Translations under genes and position numbers: made by a program
Notes under the pieces: generated by a model
Seen by the model: only the letters and a program-made list of their open reading frames with translations
Told to the model about the DNA's origin: nothing
Database searches by the model: none
Shown here: one piece after another, positions 1 to 8,924 of the stretch
How positions within the stretch are numbered: the stretch's first letter is position 1
How the letters are laid out: each line of letters starts with the position of its first letter
IMG/VR virus record: IMGVR_UViG_3300030202_003189
Span: 62,001-126,000 of that record
Strand: one strand, 5' to 3'
DNA: 64,000 nt

Positions 1-1
1 A

Positions 2-199
2 AATGAACATATAGAATCTATAAAACCTATGGGTGAAAAAATGTCTTTATCAACCCCACCAAGTAACACACCAGAAAAAATGAATGAAAGATTTCCTGAC
101 CCTATGCACCCTTTTGGTGCTCCGAATCAGGATGCGAGACACATGTATAAAGAACATGGTTGGTTATTCGGAAATATGATGAGAGGAAAACGTTCTTAA
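2..199 (+). CDS. 3' end of a gene entering the window, probably terminase large subunit
   Basis: Open frame 2 ending TAA at 197-199 (...MYKEHGWLFGNMMRGKRS). Lies directly upstream of the portal, the gp17 position in T4-like order. Product inferred from synteny only. Confidence 0.45.
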   Translation, partial: NEHIESIKPMGEKMSLSTPPSNTPEKMNERFPDPMHPFGAPNQDARHMYKEHGWLFGNMMRGKRS

Positions 200-240
200 G
201 GTTTATATTATGAATTTTTTAGTTTATTATTAGTAATAAG

Positions 241-248
241 TATTTATA
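241..248 (+). promoter_or_regulatory. putative late promoter element TATTTATA (portal)
   Basis: Same motif recurs in sense orientation upstream of most structural transcription units. Confidence 0.55.
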
Positions 249-266
249 TTAAACAATACGAATTAA

Positions 267-2084
267 ATGGCCAAGAGAAATTTAACAATATATCAGAAAT
301 TACAACAAGTATTTGGTGCGGGGGCAATGAGAAGGACCCCACCAAGTTATAATGTTGACCCAAGTAAAATACTACTTAAAACACCATCAAAGTCTGAGTT
401 CGATCAAGAAAAACTACAGGCTCAACAACAAGCTTTTCTAAAAGGACAATGGAATAAAGTAGATAGTGAGTTATATAACCAAGCCATTTATTATGAAACA
501 ACTAGACTAGCATCATTTTATGATTTTGAGTCGATGGAATTTACACCAGAAATTGCCGCAGCTTTAGATATATACGCAGAAGAAAGTTGTACTCCAGATG
601 AAACAGGAACTTTACTTACTGTAGAATCAGACTCTAGTAGAATAAAAGATATACTAGATAATCTCTTCCATAAGGTTCTTGACCTACACGCGGTATTACC
701 AGCTTGGACAAGAAATACCTGTAAGTATGGGGATAATTTTGTTTACCTAAAAATTGACCCAAAACAAGGTATTATTGGGGCATCACAATTACCAAACATT
801 GAGATAGAGAGAAAGGATGAAAGTAGTTATCTTACCTCACGAAAATCCGGGACCTATGGAGTTGAGGGGGAGGAAGAAAAAGATAAGAACATTAAGTTTG
901 AATGGAGAAATAAATCAATCTCTTTTAACGCTTGGGAAATTGCTCATTTTAGGTTACTAGGAGATGATAGAAGACTACCATATGGAACTTCTTTATTAGA
1001 AAAAGTAAGACGAATCTGGAAACAATTATTATTATCGGAAGATGCTATGATGATATACAGGGTAACTAGAGCGCCGGAAAGAAGAGTCTTTAAGATAAAT
1101 GTTGGTAATATTGATGATCAAGATGTACAAGCATATGTGAATAAGATTGCTAATAATTTCAAAAGAAGTCATGCTATAGATCAAAATACAGGTCAGGCAG
1201 ATTTAAGATATAACGCATTAGCGGTTGACCAAGACTTTTTTGTTCCAGTTCGTAATGACGGAGCTGCTAATCCAATTGAGACACTACCAGGGGCTGGTAA
1301 TTTAGATCAGATTGCTGATATCGAGTACATCCAAAAGAAAATGTTATCAGCTTTAAGAATCCCAAAACCTTTTTTAGGGTTTGAAGAACCAGCGGGAGAA
1401 GGAAAGAATTTAGCACTTCAGGATATTCGTTTTGCTCGAACAATCAACAGAGTTCAACAATCAATGATTCAAGAACTTAATAAGATTGCTATAATACATC
1501 TTTATATTTTAGGTTTTGAGGATGAGTTGGAGAACTTTACCCTAAGATTGCAGAATCCATCAACACAAGCCGAAATGTTAAAAATAGAACAGTTCCAATC
1601 AAAAGTGGCGTTGTATAGAGATTCGGTGTCTGATGCAGGTAATGGTTTTGGTGCAACTTCTATGACTTGGGCAAAGAAAAATATATTAGGTTTTAGTGAT
1701 GATGATATTCTTCTAGATTTAGAAAGACAAAGAATGGAAAAAGCCGCAGCGGCAGAGATGGAGAACACTGCGGAAGTGATAAAAAGTACTGGTATTTTTG
1801 ATGAGGTAGATAAACTATATGGACAGGCGGCGGAAGGTGAAGATGTACCAGCAGAAGATAGCGGTGACGAACCACCAACTCCAGGAGAAGCAACTGGTGA
1901 TGTACCCCCACCGGCAGACGTAGATATGGATGATGATATGATGATGGAAAAGAAGAGTAGTTATGAAAATCTAGTTGATATTGTAAATCTTGATACAAAA
2001 AAGAAAGGTAAAAATACAAAAAGTAATTTAATTAAAGAAGACCTAGAGTACCTAAAAGATAATTTGGACAAACTTTTAGAATAG
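267..2084 (+). CDS. gp20: portal protein, T4 gp20-like
   Basis: PEIAAALDIYAEE, YGTSLLE, LLSEDAMMIYRVTRAPERRVFKINVGN, DFFVP, IETLPG, DIEYIQKKMLSALRIP: typical gp20 motifs. Confidence 0.93.
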   Translation: MAKRNLTIYQKLQQVFGAGAMRRTPPSYNVDPSKILLKTPSKSEFDQEKLQAQQQAFLKGQWNKVDSELYNQAIYYETTRLASFYDFESMEFTPEIAAALDIYAEESCTPDETGTLLTVESDSSRIKDILDNLFHKVLDLHAVLPAWTRNTCKYGDNFVYLKIDPKQGIIGASQLPNIEIERKDESSYLTSRKSGTYGVEGEEEKDKNIKFEWRNKSISFNAWEIAHFRLLGDDRRLPYGTSLLEKVRRIWKQLLLSEDAMMIYRVTRAPERRVFKINVGNIDDQDVQAYVNKIANNFKRSHAIDQNTGQADLRYNALAVDQDFFVPVRNDGAANPIETLPGAGNLDQIADIEYIQKKMLSALRIPKPFLGFEEPAGEGKNLALQDIRFARTINRVQQSMIQELNKIAIIHLYILGFEDELENFTLRLQNPSTQAEMLKIEQFQSKVALYRDSVSDAGNGFGATSMTWAKKNILGFSDDDILLDLERQRMEKAAAAEMENTAEVIKSTGIFDEVDKLYGQAAEGEDVPAEDSGDEPPTPGEATGDVPPPADVDMDDDMMMEKKSSYENLVDIVNLDTKKKGKNTKSNLIKEDLEYLKDNLDKLLE

Positions 2085-2089
2085 TTTTA

Positions 2090-2096
2090 TATTTAT
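2090..2096 (+). promoter_or_regulatory. putative late promoter element TATTTAT
   Basis: Intergenic, 16 nt before ATG at 2113. Confidence 0.45.
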
Positions 2097-2112
2097 TATA
2101 TAAACATACTGT

Positions 2113-2868
2113 ATGAAAAATTTCGGTGATTTACTAGATTCACTATACTCTAAAGCGTCGTCACAATTTGCTAATGATAAAAAAAATTGTAGCAAAATAC
2201 TCAAAGAGTGTATAAACACAATAAAAACAGATAAAATCTTATCTGATCAATTCATAATTTTTAATAATCTTAAAACTTCAGTTGTTGACGAAAAACAAGT
2301 TAACGATTATATAAATGAAAATGTCAATTCAATAAAGTTACATAGAACCAAGGATATTATTAATTCTAATCATAAATTAGAAAGATTATGTAATAAGTTA
2401 GGGACAAAAATTAAGAAAGATGAGTTAAATGAGTCGATATCAAATCTATGTTTCTTAATGAATACGGCTAAGAATGTTAATTCACTACACAAATCAAAGA
2501 ATATAATAAAGGAAAATTTATTGACTAATGAAAAAACAAAGAAAAGTGACACACCGTCAATTCCTTTGGCTTTAATGAGTAAACTTGTTAGTAAAAAGTA
2601 CAATAAAAAATATAGTGATTTAAGTGAATCAGATAAAAAATTACTTAAAACAATTCTTGAAAATAACGAGGGAGACGAAAAACTTTTCCAATCCTATAAA
2701 GAAAACGCAACAAAATTATTATCAAATAAGATAGTTGAGAATGATGACCCTACCTTACATACAAATTTGAAAAAAAGTTATAAGAAGGTATCTAGTATGG
2801 AGTATATAAGTGAGAGTTTAATAAACGATGTGAGTAAATTACATTATTTAATAGAAGGTTTAGGATAG
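2113..2868 (+). CDS. hypothetical helical protein (possible head assembly factor)
   Basis: 251-aa ORF directly after portal; Lys/Asn-rich; no recognisable motif. Confidence 0.6.
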   Translation: MKNFGDLLDSLYSKASSQFANDKKNCSKILKECINTIKTDKILSDQFIIFNNLKTSVVDEKQVNDYINENVNSIKLHRTKDIINSNHKLERLCNKLGTKIKKDELNESISNLCFLMNTAKNVNSLHKSKNIIKENLLTNEKTKKSDTPSIPLALMSKLVSKKYNKKYSDLSESDKKLLKTILENNEGDEKLFQSYKENATKLLSNKIVENDDPTLHTNLKKSYKKVSSMEYISESLINDVSKLHYLIEGLG

Positions 2869-2869
2869 A

Positions 2870-3124
2870 ATGGGAAGACTAACAAACGAAAATCTACACA
2901 GTGAGATTAAAATAGTGAAGAATGATATGATTTACCTTAAAGAAGGTCAAGCAAAAATGCAAGAAGACATTACTATGATTAAAAAAGTATTATTGAATCC
3001 AGACAACGGTACGGTATCAAGAGTAAATAAAAATACAGAGTTTAGAAAATCAACAGGAAAAGTTCTATGGTCCTTATGGATTGCTGTATTAGGGATAATA
3101 GGAAAAATAATATTCTGGAACTAA
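2870..3124 (+). CDS. small coiled-coil protein with C-terminal membrane anchor (holin-associated type)
   Basis: Heptad-like N-terminus and hydrophobic VLWSLWIAVLGIIGKIIFW tail. Confidence 0.55.
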   Translation: MGRLTNENLHSEIKIVKNDMIYLKEGQAKMQEDITMIKKVLLNPDNGTVSRVNKNTEFRKSTGKVLWSLWIAVLGIIGKIIFWN

Positions 3125-3136
3125 AAAATTAAAATT

Positions 3137-3430
3137 ATGAACTTTTTCAAAAACATGTTAAGTAGTGAAGGTAAAGTCTCAAGTAAGAGATTTGTAACTT
3201 TTGTTTGCTTATTATTTATGTTAATAGGATACACAGCTAATCTATTTTGGGATTTTACAATTGAGCCTGACCTATTTGCATCACTACAATGGATTGTAAT
3301 GGCAGGACTTGGTTTTACCGCGGCAGAGAATTTTTCACCTAAAGGTGAGGAATCTCCAGAAGAACCACCGGCACCAACACATACTACGGTAACTCATGAA
3401 TATGACTACCATAATGACGATGACATATAA
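3137..3430 (+). CDS. putative holin (2 TM)
   Basis: SSKR followed by two hydrophobic segments (FVTFVCLLFMLIGY; LQWIVMAGLGFTAA) and an acidic tail. Confidence 0.5.
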   Translation: MNFFKNMLSSEGKVSSKRFVTFVCLLFMLIGYTANLFWDFTIEPDLFASLQWIVMAGLGFTAAENFSPKGEESPEEPPAPTHTTVTHEYDYHNDDDI

Positions 3431-3441
3431 AGAATAAAAAA

Positions 3442-5079
3442 ATGGGTAGACAAAAATATAATAAAAGAAATCATATAGAAAAATCCAATATAATTTTGGA
3501 AAATAATTACTCTAAGAGTAAAGGGTTATTAACTGAACAACAAGCAACACTGGCTTGGTCATGTAATGGGTCACAACTAGTTAGTCATAGTTTTGATGCT
3601 AACATGGTACAACTTGGATTTACTGGTTATTGGGCCTCTGCATCGGGAGCGTTGCCTGTAATATTTGAGGCACAACTACCAACCGGTCCCGGAACTCCTA
3701 CAATGATAAACCAAGGTTTATATAATCAACCAGACGTTACATTAAGTTTTACGGGACCACAACCATCATTAGTGACTAACAACCAAGCATGGTTTCCAGA
3801 TGATTATCCTGGTTTTATGGCACCAGGCGTTATGCAGGGTATTGTAGGAGATATATGTGCTAGTGGTGGAACAATAACAAATGATACAGATTGTTACGAT
3901 TGTGTAAACGGAGTACCAACTGTAGTAGAAATTATAGGACCTAATTCATCTTGGTGTCAAAATGTACCAGGTGGTCCACAATGTGGAACTGATTGTACCT
4001 TAATACCTATGAATGCTGTAGGTGGAGTACTTCAATTCCCTCTAGTAAACGACCCTAACCTAGCTTGTGGACAAAACCAAGCAGATTGGTGGTGTCCAAC
4101 AGGAGTAGCAGGACCAGGTCCTTGTATACAATCACCAACAAACCCTCAACCAGGAATGGCAACAGGACCTTATCCAGATCAACAAACTTGTGACGCTCAA
4201 TGTGGCGGAATCGGACAAGTATCTGGTTGTTTAGATCCAAATTTACCAAATTATGACCCTAATGCAACTTTAGACTGTTCAGGAAATCCACAACCAGCGG
4301 CTGGATACGGAGATACTAATTGTTGTGGTATGCCACCACCGCCACCACCAAGTGGAGGTTGTATGGAATTATGGGTAACCAAATGTGCAGGAACTAGTCC
4401 TGGACACCAAATTGGACAATCAAATCTTCATTTCCCATGTCCAATGGTAGATGGATCATTTGCAGACCCAACTCTTGTTGGACAAGAAGTTGGTATAGAC
4501 CCATCATCAGGACAAGGAGGAGATGACGTATATACGGTAGATGTGGTTAACCCAAACCCTAATTACCCGTCACAATATACACCAAATTCTTATCTAACAA
4601 CTAATGTTAGTTGTACAACAAATCCAGCTAATGCTTCATGTGATTTTTCATGGACTAGTTCTTGTGCACAACAACACTTAAATACAGGAGGACAAAATTC
4701 TTGGCAGAATTTCCTTGACCTACGAGAAACCGGTTTTAATGGGGCGGGATGTCAACATCTACAAAATGTAGTAAATTGGACAACTGACCAGTTAAATTCA
4801 GGAGTTACTGGAGCAGGTGCACCATTAACCCCGAATCAAATAGCTAGAAAAACAGAACAGAGAGACTGGGCACAATGTCAAGCGGCGGAGTGTGGATGTA
4901 GTACACTTAATCTCCCAGCATTAACAGGAGGACCAACACCACCTCCACCAACAGATCCAGATTTAATCGATCCTGAAGTACCTACAGATAAACCAAAAAA
5001 ACCAAAACCAGGTGAAGAAGGAGGATTAAATGAACAGTTTACTAGAATGAAAGAACTGTGGAAGTACAATAAACTATAA
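3442..5079 (+). CDS. Cys/Pro/Gly-rich protein, putative internal head or virion protein
   Basis: Basic N-terminus ending LLTEQ, many Cys, a GCLDPNLPNYDPNATLDC module, C-terminal LNEQFTRMKELWKY. Confidence 0.7.
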   Translation: MGRQKYNKRNHIEKSNIILENNYSKSKGLLTEQQATLAWSCNGSQLVSHSFDANMVQLGFTGYWASASGALPVIFEAQLPTGPGTPTMINQGLYNQPDVTLSFTGPQPSLVTNNQAWFPDDYPGFMAPGVMQGIVGDICASGGTITNDTDCYDCVNGVPTVVEIIGPNSSWCQNVPGGPQCGTDCTLIPMNAVGGVLQFPLVNDPNLACGQNQADWWCPTGVAGPGPCIQSPTNPQPGMATGPYPDQQTCDAQCGGIGQVSGCLDPNLPNYDPNATLDCSGNPQPAAGYGDTNCCGMPPPPPPSGGCMELWVTKCAGTSPGHQIGQSNLHFPCPMVDGSFADPTLVGQEVGIDPSSGQGGDDVYTVDVVNPNPNYPSQYTPNSYLTTNVSCTTNPANASCDFSWTSSCAQQHLNTGGQNSWQNFLDLRETGFNGAGCQHLQNVVNWTTDQLNSGVTGAGAPLTPNQIARKTEQRDWAQCQAAECGCSTLNLPALTGGPTPPPPTDPDLIDPEVPTDKPKKPKPGEEGGLNEQFTRMKELWKYNKL

Positions 5080-5086
5080 ACATTAG

Positions 5087-5110
5087 AAAAACCCCAATCG
5101 GGGTTTTTTT
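5087..5110 (+). terminator. intrinsic terminator
   Basis: AAAAACCCC-AATC-GGGGTTTTTTT stem-loop with U tract. Confidence 0.85.
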
Positions 5111-5170
5111 ATTCAATAATATTTCATAATATTAAGTATCAATAACACTTAGAGAAAAAGAATATGAAAA

Positions 5171-5602
5171 ATGAAATTAGGAAAAGAATTATCTTTGAAA
5201 ACGGAAAAACCATTCAAAATATATATTGGAACGGTCAATAATAAAGAACCAAGAACCTTGTACATGGTTCTATCTAGCTGGGTTGAACCTCTACAAGATT
5301 TAGAAAACTACCAACCACACTTAAATAAAATTACAAAAAACATTAAACGGTTCCTAAGTGAAGTGGTACCTAAAGAAAGTTTCAATAAAGAAAAGATAAT
5401 TGTAGACTTCGACTTACGTTCATCAGGTATAACAAAAAATAAAAAGTCTTTTATGTCATGTGAGGTGACACTTTTTCAAAAGGAACTACGAAAGATAAAC
5501 TCCCCATCAGTTATTATGGAACTTCAATGGTTATCAACTAAATTAATCGGAGAGGTTTTCGAGCCGGATATTGGATTTAGGTACCACTTAAATAAAAAAT
5601 AA
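5171..5602 (+). CDS. hypothetical protein
   Basis: 143-aa ORF bracketed by two terminators. Confidence 0.65.
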   Translation: MKLGKELSLKTEKPFKIYIGTVNNKEPRTLYMVLSSWVEPLQDLENYQPHLNKITKNIKRFLSEVVPKESFNKEKIIVDFDLRSSGITKNKKSFMSCEVTLFQKELRKINSPSVIMELQWLSTKLIGEVFEPDIGFRYHLNKK

Positions 5603-5614
5603 TAAATAACTAAC

Positions 5615-5645
5615 ATAAAACCCACTCTGGTGGGTTTTATTTTTT
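5615..5645 (+). terminator. intrinsic terminator
   Basis: ATAAAACCCAC-TCTG-GTGGGTTTTAT followed by a T run. Confidence 0.85.
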
Positions 5646-5653
5646 CCCCCTTA

Positions 5654-5678
5654 TATTTATAATAAAAACAATATTTAT
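5654..5678 (+). promoter_or_regulatory. two putative late promoter elements (5654-5661, 5672-5678)
   Basis: TATTTATA and TATTTAT between the terminator and the protease ATG. Confidence 0.55.
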
Positions 5679-5682
5679 TAAT

Positions 5683-6372
5683 ATGGAACTTAAATTATTA
5701 AAAGAAGGTGAGGTAGGTTATGGGTTATTAGTAGAAAAGGATTCTGGTTATATTTCACCACAAACTACAGAGAATAAAAAAATTATAAAAGAAATGAATG
5801 AGATGGGTACTAGTTATGGACCTATCCAAATGGTTGCTGTCCTACAGAAATGTGGTGTACAAAATAGAAACGGAAGAGTTTATCCAGAAAACATTCTAAG
5901 AAAAGAAGTAGATAAACATCAGGAAGTAATACAGAATGGTAGGGCGATTTCAGAACTAAATCATCCTGACTCTTCTATTATTGATTTGGAGAGAACGTCA
6001 CATAAGTTGGACGAAACTTGGTGGGATGGTAATACCTTAATGGGAAAACTAACTTTGATAACTTCACCAGCTTACGAATCTAATGGTACTGCAACTACAC
6101 CAGGAGATTTGGCCGCTAATTTACTAAGACATGGAGTACAGTTAGGTATTTCATCTAGAGGGGTAGGGTCCTTATCAAATGTAGGAGGACAGAATATGGT
6201 ACAAGATGATTTTGAATTAATTTGTTTTGATTTGGTCTCGTCTCCGTCAACACCAGGGGCCTACCTATTCAATCAGGTTGAAGAAGCGAAACCTTATGTG
6301 GAATCAAGAAGACCACAAAAAATAATGGAGTCAAAATTAGACGAAACAATTAAAAATTTCTTAAAAGATTAA
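5683..6372 (+). CDS. gp21: prohead protease, T4 gp21-like
   Basis: NRNGRVYP, SELNHP, SH, LGISSRGVGS (catalytic Ser motif), FDLVSSPSTPGAY. Confidence 0.93.
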   Translation: MELKLLKEGEVGYGLLVEKDSGYISPQTTENKKIIKEMNEMGTSYGPIQMVAVLQKCGVQNRNGRVYPENILRKEVDKHQEVIQNGRAISELNHPDSSIIDLERTSHKLDETWWDGNTLMGKLTLITSPAYESNGTATTPGDLAANLLRHGVQLGISSRGVGSLSNVGGQNMVQDDFELICFDLVSSPSTPGAYLFNQVEEAKPYVESRRPQKIMESKLDETIKNFLKD

Positions 6373-6376
6373 AATT

Positions 6377-7588
6377 ATGAGTAATAGAATTAGAAAAGCA
6401 AAATATGACAATATGGTAAAATTAAATAGAACTCTATTGTCAGAAGAGAACCTAAACATCAATAATGAGCCAGATGTAGAAGAATATATAGGTTTAGAAG
6501 AAGAGAATCATGATTATGGAGGAACACCTCCATATACAAAAAAGACTAAAGGTAAAAAACTAAATGAAGGATGTGGTTGTGGAGAATCAAAAGAAACAAG
6601 TGAAAAGTCATATATGGCGGCATCACAGTTACATAGTATTTCTAATAAAGCAGAAGACATGTATAATAAATTAGAAAAAGATGAGGTCTTAGATGATTGG
6701 GTTGAAAGTCACTTAGCCAAAATTGATCAAATGATGGATAGTGTTAGTGATTCATTTAATCATCACGAATCAAAAGATGCTGGTGATATGGGTACAGGTG
6801 GATGTCCTCCAGGTCATCATTGGTGTGCGGCGTCTGATTCATGTAGATCAGATGATGCCCCACAAATCGAACCTATGACTTTAATGGGAGCAGATGTGAT
6901 TAACTTAGAAGAATCAATTAGAAGAAAATTAAACTTAAGTGAACAAACAAATCCATTCGCTGGTGGTGGTTCAGGACCAAATTGGGCTGCGGCTGAAGCT
7001 GCTTGGACTGATTGGAACGCTTCAAATCAAACAGGAGCCCCTGAACCGGATGCAACTTTTTTATCTAATATGGATGGTAAAGGTTGTGGATTTTACCAAA
7101 AACGTTTAGACGCTCAAGTAAATTCTTTTGTTAACAATTTTGGTGGTAGTTTTGGTGCTGGTTCAAACGCTTCAAATGCACAACATCAAGGTCAAAACCC
7201 AGCTTGGCAGAGTCAAAAATATGCTAGAATAATGTGGTTATCAGACGCGGTATATAATTGTAACAATTCTAATACTACAGGAGGTTCTTTAACTACTACT
7301 TCTAGTGCTCAAGAATCTAATGCAAATTGTTTCTATACTTTCCTTAATGACCCAGCAAATGACCCATTACTTACTAACGCAGTATGTCCTAATGGTAATC
7401 AAGCAATAAAACCAAATAATATGGAACAAACTAAATTTAGGTGGCAATCAATATCCGACTGTCAAATGTTAAATACCAAAATAGCAAAAATGTTAAATTT
7501 GGCACAAACCACAACAGGGTGTGAACAGGTTAGGAAATCTGCAAAACATGAGTATTTGGTTGAATTAAGACAAAGTTGTTGTAATTAA
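6377..7588 (+). CDS. multi-segment Cys-rich putative internal head protein
   Basis: LLSEE, LNEG and LNLSEQ protease-type sites; acidic N-half; two copies of a Cys-bracketed helical domain in the C-half. Confidence 0.7.
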   Translation: MSNRIRKAKYDNMVKLNRTLLSEENLNINNEPDVEEYIGLEEENHDYGGTPPYTKKTKGKKLNEGCGCGESKETSEKSYMAASQLHSISNKAEDMYNKLEKDEVLDDWVESHLAKIDQMMDSVSDSFNHHESKDAGDMGTGGCPPGHHWCAASDSCRSDDAPQIEPMTLMGADVINLEESIRRKLNLSEQTNPFAGGGSGPNWAAAEAAWTDWNASNQTGAPEPDATFLSNMDGKGCGFYQKRLDAQVNSFVNNFGGSFGAGSNASNAQHQGQNPAWQSQKYARIMWLSDAVYNCNNSNTTGGSLTTTSSAQESNANCFYTFLNDPANDPLLTNAVCPNGNQAIKPNNMEQTKFRWQSISDCQMLNTKIAKMLNLAQTTTGCEQVRKSAKHEYLVELRQSCCN

Positions 7589-7589
7589 T

Positions 7590-8366
7590 ATGAATTTAAT
7601 AGAAAATATAAAAAAAGAATTAAGATTATTAACTGAGCAAAGCTCTTGGTGGACAACTATGACCTCATGGGCAACAGCAGCAGATGCAGTTAATACTTCA
7701 AATGCACCAGCCACTTCAGATCCAAATACTCCTGCAGCCCCAGGTGTAACAGGTTCATACTCTTCAAATGGTGTGTGTTTTGATTCAGCAGCTAGTACGT
7801 GTCAATTAAATAATAGTTTATCTCACACTCAGAAATGGAATCAATATGTTGCCTGTTTAGATCCTTATGCAACTCCTTGTACTTTAGGTACGAAAGTACA
7901 ACAGGGGACTCCCGGATATAATTCTCAATACGCAGGACAACAGTTATGTATTACACATACCGCTCCCTCCAATGTGACAGGGGGATATTCGCCATATGAA
8001 ATACTTGAACTTAATTCTCCTGATTGTGCAATTGCATCAACTCCATGTGACACAACACCATCTTCACCATGTGCACAACAGTGGTTCCAAAACCCTAACG
8101 CGACATGGGCATCAACTTGGATAACTAATAGAGATTGTTCAAATTACAATTGGCCATCAATTAATTTAGAACAACAAGCAATGGATATAATGAATGACCC
8201 AACAACTCCAAACCCACAAAGTGGTCCTTTTAATAATTGGAATGACATATGGTCAGCAGGTAACGTCGCATGGCCAAATACTACAGGAGCTCCTAAAACC
8301 CAATTCATTGCAAAAATGGCGAAAGCTAAATATGCGCAATGTCAAATACAAGCATGTAACTGTTAA
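7590..8366 (+). CDS. Cys-rich putative internal head protein
   Basis: Leader MNLIENIKKELRLLTEQ; C-terminus AKMAKAKYAQCQIQACNC resembles ARKTEQRDWAQCQAAECGC of the 3442 ORF. Confidence 0.7.
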   Translation: MNLIENIKKELRLLTEQSSWWTTMTSWATAADAVNTSNAPATSDPNTPAAPGVTGSYSSNGVCFDSAASTCQLNNSLSHTQKWNQYVACLDPYATPCTLGTKVQQGTPGYNSQYAGQQLCITHTAPSNVTGGYSPYEILELNSPDCAIASTPCDTTPSSPCAQQWFQNPNATWASTWITNRDCSNYNWPSINLEQQAMDIMNDPTTPNPQSGPFNNWNDIWSAGNVAWPNTTGAPKTQFIAKMAKAKYAQCQIQACNC

Positions 8367-8369
8367 ACT

Positions 8370-8795
8370 ATGAATTTAAGAAAAAACATAAAAAAACAAT
8401 TACGTCTATTAAAAGAAACGGATGATAGACCAGACAATTGGAGAGAACTACCAGGATATAATCCTGATGCTTTTTATCCGATAACGAATTATGGTGATGA
8501 TGATTTAAGGTTAGAACCTGAGGATGACGATACTTCTTCTAGACTACCAGCTCATTTCTATGAGGATGATTATGATTTAGATGAGGGGGACTTAGATGAA
8601 ATTTTTGACGAAACTCAAAGAGGAGACAGGGTTAGATATTTCGTAGACGTTTATTATGATACTATGTTACCAAGTTCTGGAAATGCAGAAAAAGATAAAG
8701 TTTTGGCGGAAAAAATTGCTAGAGCTGATCTTCGTAGTCTTAAAAATCGAGAGTATATTATAGGACCTGTAGAATTAAGAGGATACTATAATTAA
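8370..8795 (+). CDS. acidic putative internal head protein
   Basis: Leader MNLRKNIKKQLRLLKE, nearly the same as the upstream gene; unrelated acidic body. Confidence 0.65.
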   Translation: MNLRKNIKKQLRLLKETDDRPDNWRELPGYNPDAFYPITNYGDDDLRLEPEDDDTSSRLPAHFYEDDYDLDEGDLDEIFDETQRGDRVRYFVDVYYDTMLPSSGNAEKDKVLAEKIARADLRSLKNREYIIGPVELRGYYN

Positions 8796-8846
8796 TATTT
8801 ACTGACAAAATTTCATGTGAACACGTCTTTTTTATGTTCTCAGGTA

Positions 8847-8891
8847 TATTTATTAAAAAACTCCCTACGGAGTTCTTTACGCTTTTGCGTA
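8847..8891 (+). promoter_or_regulatory. putative late promoter (8847-8853) plus two 5'-leader hairpins
   Basis: TATTTAT, then AACTCC-CTAC-GGAGTT (8859-8874) and TACGC-TTTT-GCGTA (8878-8891). Confidence 0.55.
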
Positions 8892-8924
8892 TATTAATAA
8901 CAAAGATTAAAAAAATTAAGTCAA

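Noticed and set aside
3442-8366. Cys-rich ORFs as RiPP precursors
   Set aside because: They are too long, no radical SAM, lanthipeptide or YcaO enzyme is nearby, and the leaders match prohead protease specificity better.
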